Below, piece by piece: positions 38,034-53,340 of a DNA stretch of 64,000 nt (its first letter is position 1; every line of letters starts with the position of its first letter). Below the pieces are notes generated by a model that saw only the letters and a list, made by a program, of their open reading frames with translations, had not been told where the DNA came from and did no database searches. The DNA is from Dictyostelium discoideum (Eukaryota), in assembly GCA_000004695.1 (NCBI GenBank), contig CM000153.2, positions 4,768,001 to 4,832,000 of the forward strand. Reading direction: 5' to 3'. Made by a program: the position numbers and the translations under genes.

Positions 38034-38948
38034 TTAAGCTTTAACAATTTTAACAGTTGAAAATGATGGATTTAAAGTTGCAGATACAAAACCAAATGAG
38101 AAAGAATCGCCAGCTTGAAGATTAACAACAAATGGTGGGAAACTTAAATTACCAGTTTTTTGACTTCTTACAATATTCCAAAATTCAGTTGGATTCCAAT
38201 TATCAGAATGAATTTCAATTGATTTAATTGGTGAACTTTCATTATTGGTTAATGTGACTTTATATTGATAATATGTTACACCATTGGCTACCCAATTACT
38301 ATCAGTATCTAATTTATAATTGATTTTTGGTGTTCCAACTGGTGGTGTTGTTGGAGCAACTGTTGGTGTTGGTGTAACTGTTGGAGTAACTGTTGGTGTA
38401 TTACAAGGTTCACCATAATTAAGTTTTGGACATGTATCATATGATTTTAACTAAAAAATTTATTATATTAAATAATTGATTTGAATTAAATTAATGATAA
38501 TAGTTATAATTATAATAATAATAAAAATACATACTGCAACTGTATAATAAAAGTTATTTAAATTGAAGAAACCAACATTACCATTACAAGTAAGTTGAGT
38601 ATTAGTTTGTTTTAATCTAAGATTACCATCACTTAATCTAATACTAAAATCATCAACACGGAATTGATAATCAGCTGCAAATGGTTGAACTAATCCACGA
38701 GAACTACATGTTGTTTCATAGGTTTGTAAATTGTATAATGATTCCCTTAATACAAATTCACCAGATGCAAAAACTAAATTACCTTTATAACCTTCTTGAG
38801 CCAATGATTGATAATGAACACCAGAGATTGAAACTTGAACACATTTTGATGGATCAGCTAATGATGAAAGTAATTGATTACAACTGGTATCACCAAATGC
38901 AACTGATGAAACACCTAATAATGCAACTAATGAATATAATAATTTCAT
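38034..38948 (-). CDS. Secreted two-domain protein, family copy 3 (276 aa); same architecture as 19507..20407. complement(join(38034..38450,38535..38948))
   Basis: Exon 1 is 414 nt, ending FYYTVA|gtatgt. Exon 2 is 417 nt: LKSYDTCPKLNYGEPCNTPTVTPTVTPTPTVAPTTPPVGTPKINYKLDTDSNWVANGVTYYQYKVTLTNNESSPIKSIEIHSDNWNPTEFWNIVRSQKTGNLSFPPFVVNLQAGDSFSFGFVSATLNPSFSTVKIVKA*. Confidence 0.65.
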
Positions 38949-39486
38949 TTTTTATTTTTCTTTTTTTCTTTTTTTTTTTTTGATAAATAAATAAATATAA
39001 AATTTAATAGGATTTAAAATAATAAATAAATAAATATTTAATGTTTTATGTTTAATATTTAATGAAAATTATATTTTTTTTTTTTCCTTTTTATAATTTT
39101 TTTCCTTTTTTTTTTTTTTTCCTTTTTATAATTTTTTTTTCCTTTTTTTATTGTTATAATATTTTTTTATTTTTTTAAAGTTTACATAAATTATAAAAAC
39201 CAGTGTCATTTTATATTGATTTTTTTTCTATAATTGTATATTCGAGAATGTGTTGGTGTGAATGTAATAAATTGTGTGAGTGGGTTGGAGTTTGAAAAAA
39301 AAAAGTTTTTTTGACATGCATAACAACGACAAGCTCGTTTGGATAATACAAAATTTAATTTAACTAAACACATAATTAAAAAAAAAAAATACATTGTTGT
39401 AAAGAAATACAGATTAAAGATTTTATCCTTTTTTATATTATAAAAAAAAATAACAACATCTATGATAATTGATGATATCATTAAAA

Positions 39487-39517
<31 letters not shown>

Positions 39518-39532
39518 TAAGGGGTTTGCTCC

Positions 39533-39568
<36 letters not shown>

Positions 39569-39813
39569 GGCGAGTGATAATAAATTCATATGATTGATTT
39601 AATGTCTTAGTATTTGAGTAATATTTTTATTTACATTATTTTTTATTATATTTTTTTTTTTTTATTCAGATTTACAATTAACAATTCTCTTTTTAATTGT
39701 TTCAACATCTCTTTCAATTTCATTAAATAATCTTTTTTAAAAAAAAAATAAAGGATTAATATGTTTTTTTTTTTTTTTTTTTTTTTTTCTGGAAAATAAT
39801 AATAAAAATAAAC

Positions 39814-42685
<2,872 letters not shown>

Positions 42686-42920
42686 TTGTGGTTGCGATTG
42701 TTTAGTTAATTGATCCACTAATATTATCAATAATTATAATAATAATAATAATAATTAATTTTTTTTTTTTTGAAATTAATGAAAAATATAAAAAAAAAAA
42801 AAAAAAATAAAAAAAAAAAAAACATAGTTATAGATTCTAGTTTTACTAGAAAAGAAAAAATGAAAATAAAAATAAAAATAAAAATAAAAATAAAAATAAA
42901 AAATAAAAATAAAAGTAAAA

Positions 42921-43421
42921 TTAAAATATACTTTTAAAAGTTGCATAAACACCTTGAATAAAGGAAAAGAAATGTTCGGGTGAATCTAAAATGAATTTAG
43001 TGGTACAACTTAGTTTGTATATATATTCTAACATTTCTTCTGTTCTATTTGGAAATTTCTTTAAAATTGATCTCCATTCAGGTTTTTCATTTTTTATAAT
43101 TACTAATTTAAGTAAATATATAAGTATATATTATTGTTATTATTATTAAAATTGGGTGTGTTTGGTTAGTATTATTATAATAGACAACTTTTATAAAAGT
43201 TATAATATACACAACATATCTAGCAATTTAATGTTATATGTTTATTATTAATATTTACTATTATATAAATCTGTTATCTCTTTTATATCCCATTCAGGTC
43301 CTAGTTGTGGATGAATAGTAGAATCTTCACCCAAACTGTTATTATTGTTTATACCATCACCTATTTCAACCTCACCAATGTTTTGTTGATTTCCCCTTTT
43401 TTTGGGTGTTGATTTCCTCAT
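42921..43421 (-). CDS. Small hypothetical protein (~114 aa), 2 exons. complement(join(42921..43102,43259..43421))
   Basis: Exon 1 ATG 43421 MRKSTPKKRGNQQNIGEVEIGDGINNNNSLGEDSTIHPQLGPEWDIKEITDLYN|gtaaat. Exon 2 after acceptor aaattag: IIIKNEKPEWRSILKKFPNRTEEMLEYIYKLSCTTKFILDSPEHFFSFIQGVYATFKSIF*. Typical codon usage; no family recognised. Confidence 0.4.
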
Positions 43422-44412
43422 TGGGTGGTTTTGTATCTGTTTTAGTGATAAAGTTACTATATTCGCGCCTAATTATTTGAAAATTTAAATTTTAACAGTT
43501 TCCAAAATAAAAAAAAAAACAAAAAAAAAAAAAAAAAAATTTTTAAAAAAAAAAATAATAAAAAAATTTTTAAAAAAAAAAAATGATATAAATTTGGGTT
43601 TAAAATTTTTTGGTTTGATTTGGTATTTATTTTAAAAATTAGTTAACCAATCGATCCGTTTTTTTTTTTAAAAAATAAAATTAAAAAAAATAAAAAGCAA
43701 TCTAGATTTCTTTTTATACAAAATTTATTCCCAACTCATTGTTCTTAAAAATAAAAATCAATTACAAAAAATGAATAGTAAATAGTTAAATTACAAAAAT
43801 AATTATTTATTAAAAAAATAAAATATATATATTTATATTGAGAAATATCCATTCTCAACGAAATTTAGCCAATTGCAATTAATTTTATCCGCAACTGCTA
43901 TAATTAATTCAGATTCAGATTCATGTTTAAATATAGAATTTGATAAGACAACGAGTCAAGGTTCAGATTTTATTAAATTATCAATATCAAATAAAAGTTT
44001 ATATGGTAGACTAATTAAAAGAGCATTGGTTGGTTCAGTTCCAATTACAATTTCAAATGAATTATTAGATAAATCATTAGGTGTAATTAGTGATTCTCAC
44101 ACATCTCAATCATTTATTGGTATTAATGTATCAATTTATAATAAAAATGTAATAATTGATCCAGATTTCTCATTACTTATCAATTCAAATCCATCGACAA
44201 CAAATGATAATGAAAATTTAAAACATATATAAAAACACACAAATAAAAAAACAAATAAAAAACACTAAATAGGGTTTTTTATTTTTTGAATTTAATTTTA
44301 AACAATTTTACATTGGTAATATTTATTTATTTTCTTTTTTTATTGATACATTTTGAAATGACGAAGGAAATAATTTCCTTGGTTGAATTAATTAATTAAT
44401 TAATTAATTTAG

Positions 44413-44787
44413 TTAATGGCATAGTGAGTGACAGCTTCCAGTTGCAATTCCAACAGATGAACTATAACCAACTGAACTTGAGTAGCTTGAGTTATAAGAA
44501 AAACCTGAACCTGAACTTTGATAGCTTGAGCTATATGAATAACTTGAGCCTCCACAAGCAGTAATACATGCAACTGAATTAGAACTCAACGACAATGAAG
44601 CACCTCCATTTGATGAAACAACAGATTTACTAATTTTATTTGGTCTTGAAATTGAAGTAATTGCAGCTATTTATTAGAAATTAAAAAAAAAAAAAAAGTT
44701 TAAAAAAAGAAAGGAACTAATTAGTTTTTTATTTTTTTTTTTTTTTTTAGTATTTTATTTTATTTTGAACATACATAAAATTGTCAT
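44413..44787 (-). CDS. HssA/2C/7E-family-like small Ser/Gly/Tyr/Cys-rich protein (88 aa) with a 13-nt first micro-exon. complement(join(44413..44666,44775..44787))
   Basis: Exon 1 ATGACAATTTTAT|gtatgt. Exon 2 after acceptor taaatag gives [88 protein letters not shown]. The N-terminus MT(I/L)(L/F)S…S and C-terminal C-H are characteristic of the Dictyostelium hssA/2C/7E family. Confidence 0.55.
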
Positions 44788-45696
44788 TTTTTTAAGATTT
44801 TTTTTTTTATTTTATTAATCAAATAATTTATTTTTTGAATTTATCTAATATTGAAATTTATATTTTTAATTTCAATTTATACTTTTTTTTTTTATTAAAA
44901 ATAAAAAATAAAAATAAAAATTAAATTTAATTATTTATTATTATTTATTTACATAAACATATATATATTTATATATGATTAATGGTAGAAATAATATTTT
45001 TTAATTTGCCAATACGTGTGGGAAATTAATTTTAAAATACAATTTTTTAACAACATAATAAAAAAAAAACAATAAGCAGTTCACCACTTAAGTTATTTAT
45101 AGCAGTTTTTTAAAAAAAGCTATTTATAGTAGATTCCAAAATAATACATTGCAACAATATCTAGATAAGTTTGGTAGTTTATACTATCACTATCTGTTTT
45201 GTAATAAAAAAAAAAAAAAAAAAATTATGTCATATTTGGGTAAAAAATTAAAAAAAAAAAAAAAAATAATATTTTTTTATTTATTATCTATACTTGTATT
45301 TTTTATTAATAATAACAATGGTATTCACGAGTTTGGTATTTACCACTATCAATGTGGCACCAAAATTTTTTTTATATTTTTTTTTTTATTTATTAATTCC
45401 TTTTTTATTAGTGAACCGAATAATTTTTTTAGGGAGTGCATTTCAATTTATTCCAAGTTTGTTAATTAATTCTCTTTAATCCTCAATATATTAATAATAA
45501 TTTCATCAATATTTAAATATTTCTTTTTTAAATTTATTATTATTGCTATTTTTTATTTTGGTTTTGATTAATTTTATCTTTAACCATTTTTTTTCACATC
45601 CATGTTTATTTAAAAAAAAAAAAATTCTTCACACTTGATTTTTTTTTTCCCAAATAAGATACTTTTTTAAGCAAAAAAAAATTGTTTATTATTTAT

Positions 45697-45739
<43 letters not shown>

Positions 45740-45820
45740 GTAAACATTTTATTTTTATTTTTTATTTTTTATTTTTTATTTTTTAATTATTTGAAATTTG
45801 TTGATTAGTTATTTTATTAA

Positions 45821-46620
45821 TCATATAGTCTTTGAAAACTGGGAAACTTGAGAAAGGTAATTTAAAATTGATTTTGAATTTGAATTGAATTCTTTAACAC
45901 TTGATAGTTTGTCAATGAATTTTGATATCTTTTCACTATCTTGAATTGAACAATCTTTGAAATAATCTTTATTTAATGGATTTTCAACTTCAATTTTAAA
46001 TATTAAATTTCTTTCATGATCTGAATGAAATTCATTTAAAAATTGGTCAAGTAATTCTACATCTGCTGTTTTAATAATATTCGAATTATAAAAACATTGT
46101 GGAATTAATTCTGCCTTTGAAACATGTTCCACTGAAGATTTTAAACCATTGAAAATGAATTTTGTAGATTCTAATGTTAATGAATCAATTGGAAACATTA
46201 AAACTTGAAATAGCTTGTAAAATCTCTACTTTTTGACCTGCTTTAAAACTTTTTAGATTATGTGATAATGTTTTAAAATCAATTTTTAAATCGGGAATTT
46301 TATAAAATTTGGTTGCAATATTAACGAAATCTTTTAAAATTGAAAGAGAATCTTCTTTTTCAGGATATTCTATTAATATTTTAAAAAAATAAAAACTTGA
46401 AATGATAGAATCTTGATATAGTTCCTTCTTTTGATAACTCTTTTCTAAATAACTATAAACTGATTGTGGAGGATATGATCGATTTCGAAATGTTTCAGTA
46501 ATATAATCACCATCAAAATATAAATTATTTTCATTTTTAACGAATCCTCTATTAAGTAATTCAATTTTAATTTTTTCTGGTATCTTTAACCTAGTTGCAA
46601 GTTTAAAAAATTGTTTTGAT
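45821..46620 (-). pseudogene. Truncated, degenerate duplicate of the middle region (~aa 270-520) of the large ORF at 53852..57148; gene fragment.
   Basis: Minus-strand translation '…IPEKIKIELLNRGFVKNENNLYFDGDYITETFRNRSYPPQSVYSYLEKSYQKKELYQDSIISSFYFFKILIEYPEKEDSLSILKDFVNIATKFYKIPDLKIDFKTLSHNLKSFKAGQKVEILQAISSFN' then a deletion/stop, then 'FPIDSLTLESTKFIFNGLKSSVEHVSKAELIPQ…DCSIQDSEKISKFIDKLSSVKEFNSNSKS' — colinear with 54620..55400. It lacks both the N- and C-terminal thirds. Confidence 0.6.
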
Positions 46621-46847
46621 GTATACTACTATTATTATTATTATTATTATTATTAATTCTTTGATTTCATATATGAGATGATTATTTTTTTTTTTTTTTT
46701 TTTTTCATATTAATACGGCTAAATGATAATGAAAAAAAAAAATGATTGGAAAAGGAATTTATTTTTTTAAACAATAATAATTAAATTGCCTGAATTTTTT
46801 ATTTAAATTTTTTATTTTGAGGATATTGTGGATTAGGATTAATAAAT

Positions 46848-49135
46848 TTACAATTTAGATTGAATATAATTATCTTTAGTGAAAGGACCACCAACTTGGT
46901 TACAAATATTTTCATAGAGATCACCATCCTCCATACCTAAAGGTGAATTCATTAAGTATTCTTCATTACCAAAACCTTTAACTAAAAGCATAGCTTGTTG
47001 AGAGAGATCAGAACATAATTGACCGATTAATTTGATGATAGCTTTAGCTTTACCTTTCTTTAAGTAGTTACTATTTCTAAAGAATTCGAAATCCTCTCTA
47101 ATGATGTAAAGACCATAGAGTTGGCAAAGTTTCTTTAGGATGGAAGCCAATTCGAGATCCTTTTCAGATTGAATTTTTTCAATAAACTTTTGAAGGATGA
47201 TAGTTTCAGTGTGAGCTTTAGCCAAATGAATTAAAATCTCTAAAGATTGATTCCATGCTGTGAATGATTCTTTTGATTTTTTATAATTCTTACTAACGGT
47301 TTGAGCAGATTGAATTAAAAGTTTTGAAGATCTAAATTCCATGCAATCCAAAAGGAATTGGAAAGAGAGTAAATGGTTGTCATCACTACGCATGGTGGTG
47401 ATTGGGTTCATGCCGCTGAGGAGGAGACTGGTGTTTTTGCCCAAATATTTCAATGTGCCAGTGAACTTGTTTCCACTGTACTCCTTCTTGAATTGTGTGA
47501 GTAAATCCTTGGCAACCTGTTGGAGCAATAGTGTGTTATCACCCTCGAATGTTCTACCTACATCGATTGCGGCCACCAATTTACCCAAACGTGAATAGCC
47601 GCCATAACCATGACCGCCACATAATCTTCTCAATTCCATTAGAGACACAGTGGTGAATTGTGAAGTGATTGCTTTGAGACCCGATGCCAATACATGGATT
47701 TCCGCCTCATCAGTTCTCTCTTGGAATCTCTTACCCAAATAGATTTTAATAGCATCGAATGCATAGGTAGATGCAATCATTGGCATGATGGTGAGTTGAT
47801 GTGTTGGGTATGAAAGAATTGGTATCTCTGGTCCTGTTGAGGTTGGTCCGAATTGTAATCTTTTACATGCATAACGGGTGGCAATTATCAAACCAGACTT
47901 TAAAGTACGAGTTGACCCAAAACTAATGGTGATTCTACCAGTGATCATTTGAGCTAAAATATTTGCAAAACGTCTTGATGGATTCTTAATTGGTGATGAG
48001 TAAATTCCATTCTCTACAGACCCAAAACGATCTAATAAATTTGATGCTGGAATTCTAACATTATCAAATTGAATCCAACCATTATCAACACCATGCAAAC
48101 CAAACTTTGAGCCTACATCACCAATTTTCACACCTGGAAGTAAATCTACTCCATTGGATTTACGAATTGGTACTAAAAAACAATGAACCTCATGATCTTT
48201 ACCATCATCCATTATCAATCTTGCAAATACCGATGAAATCTGTGCATGGCCAGCATTACCAATCCACCATTTAGTCGAAGTTCTATAAGGTGTTTGAATT
48301 ATAAATTCATCGGTCTTTGGATCATAAGTAGCAGTAGTCTCTAATGATCTAACATTACTACCATGTCCTAATTCTGTCATTGCAAAACATCCTAATAATC
48401 TTCCTGATTGAATATCTGGTAATAGTTTATGATGTCTCTCTGTTCCTAAATTAAATACTGCGGCACCAAATAAAAAATTATTTACAATTAATTTTGTCAT
48501 TAAACCTATATTTAAAATACAAATATAATTATAAAAATAAATATTAGTATAAACTATTCTCCTCCCAATTTAGAATTAGGATATGTTTTTTATTACTTAC
48601 TTGCATCATCAAATTGTGATACTATATCAATAAATGCTAAAATTTTACTTGGATCATCACGAAGATCTGAAATTTGTATTAAGCCTTTTTCAAAAACACC
48701 ACGAGTAATTTCTAAAACTTGTTTTAATACCAACACTCTATTAGCCTCTTTTGTCATATCCAATTCTTTTACTTTAAAAACTTCACTAGTTGACATAATT
48801 CTATTTAATTCATCTCTAATCTATATAGAAATAAAAATTAAAAATGAAAAAAAAAAAAAAAATTATTATTATTATTATTTTAATATTAATATTAAAATTT
48901 TAATTAATAATAATAATAATAATAATAATAATGGAAAATTTGAAATTATGATATTTACATTATGATTTTCAAAACCTTGAATTGACCAATTTTTTAATTT
49001 ATCTGATAATGATAATTTACTTTTTGAATTTTGATCATTTATTTTTTGTTGAACATCATTATTTGATGGTTTAAATTGTAACATTGCTTTATATCCATCT
49101 CCGATTTTATAAGTTTCAATAAATTGGCCTGCCAC
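46848..49135 (-). CDS. Peroxisomal acyl-CoA oxidase (ACOX), 3 exons, C-terminal PTS1 '-SKL'. complement(join(46848..48505,48601..48820,48959..49135))
   Basis: 'AMTELGHGSNVRSLETTATYDPKTDEFIIQTPYRTSTKWWIGNAGHAQISSVFARL…FLVPIR…GVKIGDVGSKFG…DNGWIQFDNVRIP' is colinear with ACOX1. 'GGHGYGGYSRLGKL' present. Ends …YIQSKL*. Donors are GTAAGT (plus 48595-600) and GTAAAT (plus 48953-58). Whether exon 1 (MAGQFIETYK…) belongs to the gene is less certain. Confidence 0.8.
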
Positions 49136-50680
49136 TTTTTTTTTTTTTTTTTTTCCTTTTATGTCTGTATATATATATTTTTTTATTTAAATTAGTATGT
49201 GTGTTGTAAAAAAAAATTAAAAAAATAAAAATAAAAATAGTGATTAAAATTTCTACTTTTACTAATTTTTTTTTTTTTTTTTTTTTTTTTTTTGGTTTAA
49301 ATTGTATATTTTAATAATTTATAATGAGTATTTTTTTTATTTTTTTAATTTATTATTTTTTTATTTTTTTATTTTTTTATTTTTTTATTTTTTTATAAAA
49401 AAAAGTAGTTTGAGTGTTAATAGATTTAAAAGTTAATTAACTTTTTGTTAATGCGGAATGTTTTTTTTTTTTTTTTTTTTTTATTCGAGTTTTCAAAAAT
49501 AAAAAATTGGGGTGAATAAATAATTTTTTTAATTTTCTTTTTTTTAATAAATCATGCAGTTTCAAACCCAATTATGGGAATTTTTATTATTTTTTTTATA
49601 TTTTTTGGAATAATACAATGGATTTTGTTTTAAAGAAAAAAAAAAGTAATTAAAAAAAGGTTATTAAAAAAATGTAGAAAATTATTTTTACATACTTTAT
49701 AAATTGTTTTAATAATTTTTTTTTATTTTTTTTATTATTATTATTTACACAATACACAACAACACACAAAAAACAAAAACTAACAAAAATTAAAAAAAAT
49801 ATAAAAAAATAAAAAAAAAATAAAAAAAAAAAAATTATGTAAAGCGAAGGAAACCTTACACTTTAAAAATAAAAAAAAAAATCAAAAAATGATGGGTGTT
49901 TTATGGAAACATACCATTATTTTTAAAAAAAAAATAATTTCAAACAGATATTTTGATTAAAAAAAATAAAAAAAAAAATAAAAATTTAAAAAAAAAAAAA
50001 AAATCGTTTTTGTGACTCAATTTTTTGCAGATGGGCGAGATTAACAAAAATTTAAATAAAAAAAAAATAAAAATTTAAAAAAAAAAAAGTGATTTGCCTG
50101 GGTTTATGTCTCTTTATTATAAATTTCAACCATATCAAAAAAAAACACTTAAAATAAAATTAAACATTGAATGTTTAAAGATATTTTTCATTGGTGTCAT
50201 GTAACCCCATTTTTAAAAAGAATGAATAAAAAAGTTTTTTTTTTTTTAATTCGTTCCTTTTTTTTAATTTATATTATTATTTTTTTTTTTTTTTTTTTTT
50301 CTTTTCTAGACATAACGGTTAAAAAAATAAAAAAAAAAAAAAAAGATTTTATCATTTTGTAAAAATAAAATATAATAATAAAATTAAAACTGGTTAAATT
50401 GGTGGGATTCAAAAAAAAAAAGAAGTTCAGATTTATGGCAAAAAAAAAATAAATAAAATATTAATTTTATATTTTTTATATTTTTTATTCTGGCAAATAA
50501 TTATTATTTTCCAGGTGTGGTTAAAATATTCAAAGAATTTTTTTTTTTGAAAATATCATTTTTCAATTAATTGTTTTCAAAAAATGAGAATAAAGATTTG
50601 TTTTTTTTTTTTTTATTTTTTTTTTTCAATTTTTTTATAAATTTTTTTTTTTTTTTTTTAATTAACAAACATAAAATAAC

Positions 50681-50870
50681 ATGATTAATATATTAAAGGA
50701 CATTCTTTATAAATCATATAGCTATTTAGCATTTCCTTTTTTTTATTTGGGTTGGGCAATAAAAAACTCTTATCAACCTAATAAAACTATAAAAGAAGAA
50801 GAATCAAAACCACCCAAATATCCAAAAGAATGGAGTGATTTATTTATCCATTCTTATAATAATGAACATG

Positions 50871-50903
<33 letters not shown>

Positions 50904-50961
50904 ATTTTTTTTTTTTTTTTTAAAATTCTAAGATATTAAATGTTTAATTAATTTAATTAAA

Positions 50962-51000
<39 letters not shown>

Positions 51001-52247
51001 GGAAAAAGTTTTAGAAATAATTCAAAAGGAACCAAATAGTATAAATTCAGTAGATTCATTAAATTGGACACCTTTACATGTTGCTGTTTCAAATAAATCA
51101 ATTGAAGTTGTTACTTTATTATTAGAAAGAAATATTGAAATTTCAATTAAAAGTTTGTATTGTACAATTATAATTAATTCTTTTTTTTTTATATTTTTTT
51201 TTTAATTTTTTTTTTAATTATTAACTTTTTTTTTTTTTTTTTTATAATTTTTAAATAATAAAGGATATACAGCATTTCATATTGCAGCATGTAATGGTGA
51301 TTTAAATATAATTGAAAAGATGATTACAATGAATAGAGTGCCAAATGGTAATATATTATCAAATGATATGGAGACAAGTTTATTTTTATCAATTACAAAT
51401 AATCATTTTGAAATTTCAGAAAAGATAATGGACTATTATCAAAGTAGTATGAATAGTAATGAATTTAAAAAGATGATTGATCAATTTAATGTCCATGGTG
51501 TATCACCATTGATAATGTCAGTATTAAGAAAGAATTTAAAGATGATAAAGAAATTGATTGAAGAGGGTGATGCAGATATCAATAGTTTTAAAAAGGATAA
51601 TTCAACATCACTACATTGTGCAGCAATAATCGATTTCACCGAAGCAATTGAGTATCTATTAGATATTGGTGGTATTGAACTAATGAATTCAATTAATAGA
51701 TATGGTAATTCACCAATTCATGAAGCTGCAATTAAAGGTAACTTTAAATCAATTCAAACTTTTATAAATCAATTAAAAAAGATAATAATTAAAAATAATT
51801 GTAGTGATGGTGATAGTGATAAAGATAAATTAAATTTATTATTATTGGAAATTATTGATAAAAAAGATAAAGATGGTTCAACACCGTTACATTTATGTTG
51901 TAATTGTGTAAATTCTGATAATATTGAAAATAATTTAAAATCATGTAAAGTTTTAATTGAAGAAGGTGGTGTTCAAGTAAATGGTATCGATAGTGGTAAT
52001 GCAACAGCTTTGCATATATTAGCATGTGTTGGTGAAGATAAATCATTACCATTGGTTAAATATTTCCTTAGTATTGGTTCTGATCCAACAATTGAAAATA
52101 AATATGGGTGGACACCAATTCATCAAGCTTATAATAATAAAAATATTCAAATTTATCAATTACTTTTAGATCATTTAAAATTAACAAATTCAACATATAA
52201 ATTAGATATTGAAAAGAAAAGAGTATTTCAATCATCATCAACATCAA

Positions 52248-52304
<57 letters not shown>

Positions 52305-53260
52305 TATTATTAAATAAAGAAGAATTAAAATTAAAAGGAATTGAAAGATTAAAAAATGTAATTAATGGAATTAAAAAAGGTGAATTTAAAAATGTAATTG
52401 TATTAAGTGGTGCAGGTATAAGTGCCAATGCAGGTATACCACCATATAGAACTAAAGATGGATTGTTGGCAAAGAATAAACAATTTTCATTCTCAATGGA
52501 GATATTAGAGAAACATCCAGATGTATTTTATCAAGCGATAAGAGATCACTTTTATCCCATTATTAAAGCATCAAATGATAATGATCGTGATGATGGTATT
52601 AGTGCAGGTATTAAATCAACGAAATCCCATTATTTCATTAATGATTTAAATGAAAAGTATGGATGTTTATTAAGAAATTATACTCAAAATGTTGACCCTT
52701 TACAAGAGAGAACAGGCACTCCTACCGATAAGATCATTCATGCTCATGGTTCATTCGATCAATGGTATTGTACAGTTTGTCAAAAACAATACACTGATAA
52801 GAGTGATAGAATTTGGAGAGAAATTGGTAGAGGTGGTTTACCATTTTGTACGGAACCTGAATGCAGACATGTCATCAGACCAAATGTTGTGTTCTTTGGT
52901 GAACCACTCTCTCAAGACTTTAGAGTAAATACAATCACAGATTTTAGAAAAGCTGATCTATTAATTGTAATGGGTACAAGTTTAATAGTTTATCCATTCG
53001 CTTCACTTGTTAATGATGTTGCTTCTGATGTTCCAAGATTACTATTCAATTTCGAATCAACTGGTCCATTTGTAAATACAATGGATTTAGAAAGAAAGGA
53101 AAAATTAAAACAACAACAAGAAAATGAAAGTGGTGAATCATCAAATGATAATGATAATAATGAATTAATAGTTGAAGCAAGAGGTAATAGAGATATAGTA
53201 ATTTTAGGTGATTGTGATAAAGGTGTTGATTATTTCAATACTCTATTTAATTCATTTTAA
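50681..53260 (+). CDS. Sir2-family NAD-dependent deacetylase with an N-terminal hydrophobic segment and ankyrin repeats (ankyrin–sirtuin fusion). join(50681..50869,51002..51152,51264..53260)
   Basis: Sirtuin core: 'VIVLSGAGISANAGIPPYRT' (GAGIS…GIP(D)FR), 'TQNVDPLQERTG' (QNIDxL), 'HGSF', Zn tetrad 'CTVCQ…FCTEPEC', 'RPNVVFFGE'. Upstream ankyrin repeats (LNWTPLHVAVSNKSIEVVTLLLERN; YTAFHIAACNGDLNII; GSTPLHLCCNCVN; ATALHILACVGED; GWTPIHQAYNN). Exon 1 encodes a hydrophobic stretch (YLAFPFFYLGWAI). Donors are GTTTGT. Confidence 0.75.
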
Positions 53261-53340
53261 ATAATAATTAAATAAAAAAAAAAAAAGTAAAAAAAAAAAA
53301 TAAAAGAATAAAAAAAAAAAAAAAAAAAAAAAAATATTAT

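Noticed and set aside
45149-45479. ORFs 45149..45469 and 45294..45479 (+)
   Set aside because: Poly-K/F low complexity over A/T runs; no coding-like codon usage.
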